Assembly: GCA_051294905.1 (NCBI GenBank)
Contig: CM119371.1
Coordinates: 12,092,001 to 12,156,000 of the forward strand
From: Botryllus schlosseri
Taxonomy: Eukaryota
Direction of reading: 5' to 3'
Length of the DNA: 64,000 bases
Position numbers and translations under genes: made by a program. The notes under the pieces were generated by a model. The model was not told the origin of the DNA. It did no database searches and saw only the letters and a program-made list of their open reading frames with translations. Below are positions 62,684 through 64,000 of this stretch, in pieces; the stretch's first letter is position 1; each line of letters begins with the position of its first letter.

Positions 62684-63801
62684 CTGTCAAGCAAATATTG
62701 CACCTCACTATATGATATTACAATTGAGTACACAGAAACCACAGTTTTCACAGAAGAACAGCCAAGTGGACGGATTGAAGGCACCTTTGCCCACATATTC
62801 TTGACTCGGACACCTGTTTACACAACGACACAATGAATTCAAGACGCTATCTCATTAGTGAAATATCGAATCTAAAGTTGCATCGGTAAAATTTACAATT
62901 ACCCGTCGGAGATTATTCGACTGCCTACGCGACCTAATGTACGCATGCCGACAGAATATGAAAAATTTCTGATTGCATTGATCTCTTACTGCATTGTGAC
63001 CGTATAGTGCGAAAGAGCATGAATTCAGTAAGCTCGTTGGATCCATGCCCACCATATTGTCAAGCGTTTTAGATTGTTTTCCTACAATTAAATTCCTCGA
63101 AATTATTTTGAAACTTAGCAAAATAAATATTTATTACAAGCATTCTCAGTAGGAAGAACAGCGACTTGGAGCCATTCGTAAAAGTTGCATTACATCACAA
63201 TATATTACGTATACATGTTGATCGCATATATTTTATCGCCCATGCACTAGATTTCAAATTTCTACCCGTTCAGCAAGATACTGCAGTCTGTTAATAACGA
63301 CTTGTTTATTTGTTGCACTCATTAGAATACATATTGCATTCCAATATCAAATTTTCAAGCATACTAGCGGCCATCCCGATTCCGTAACTACCTTGGTTCA
63401 ATTCCATTTATCGCAAAGCCACAGAAGCTGTGTTCACCTCATTTTTCGGAGACAGACGTTTTTAAAGCACAGTCACCGTCGCTGTAAGGCCATGAGCAAT
63501 ATGAGCATCTTTTTGAATTTGCACATATATACCAAGGAAAATATGACTGGCGATGCGCACAATGATTTGAGTATTCTAATCCGAATTGAGAAGGCCTAAT
63601 CAAATAGCACAAGATTTTTTAGAGTTCCGAAATTATATGCCTCAATACACTGAGAGTTATGTTATCCTCGATAATTATAGTTTCGAGGAACGTGGAAGCC
63701 TTGAAACCTCAAGTGCTTACATCACAACATCCAAAACGAAGTAGTAGTGCGAAGCTACGCACGCTATCGGGCATGATATTTATGTGAGGTCGTAATAAAA
63801 C

Positions 63802-63935
63802 TAGGGCATGGTATGGTATGGAACGAGGGTTTTTCATACACCATACTTGCCTTACTCTCTCCATACCATACTTGCAATTTTCCATACCATACCAACATTG
63901 TTCCATACAATACTTGAAACATATTCCATACTTTC
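63802..63935 (+). repeat. Left end of a MITE-like element with CCATA/TATGG arrays
   Basis: Starts tagggcatggtatggtatgg followed by repeated ccatac; the other end is not identified in the window. Confidence 0.5.
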
Positions 63936-64000
63936 AGATACCTCAATATCATAAGTATAGTACCTTTTCTAGCACCTGAACTATTGATATTTCTGACAGG

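Overview
Eukaryotic, AT-rich, intron-containing genomic DNA. It is most likely from a marine invertebrate; the style of the NLR genes and the 53-58 nt mini-introns suggest a tunicate, but that is inference. I could reconstruct three spliced genes by hand. (A) A + strand NACHT/LRR-like (NLR-type) gene at about 10.4-15.5 kb, with a degenerate Walker A and a duplicated Walker B region. (T) A + strand 7-exon gene at 23059-37681 encoding a 934-aa single-pass type I membrane protein with a signal peptide, divergent thrombospondin type-1 repeats and a long tail carrying several Tyr motifs. (B) The 3' half of a - strand paralog of A at about 62.7-47 kb, whose NACHT exon is not in the window and whose introns are inflated by transposons. 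A third, truncated NLR-like fragment lies at about 5.3 kb. The remainder is dense with non-autonomous DNA transposons: many hAT-like MITEs with 8-bp TSDs (some nested), foldback elements, decayed Harbinger and hAT transposase fragments, a CR1/L2-like fragment and a tRNA-like SINE head. I found no prokaryotic features, rRNA or CRISPR arrays. The best candidate for an undescribed system is an NLR cluster enclosing an orphan TSR/phosphotyrosine receptor; a functional link between them is a hypothesis only.
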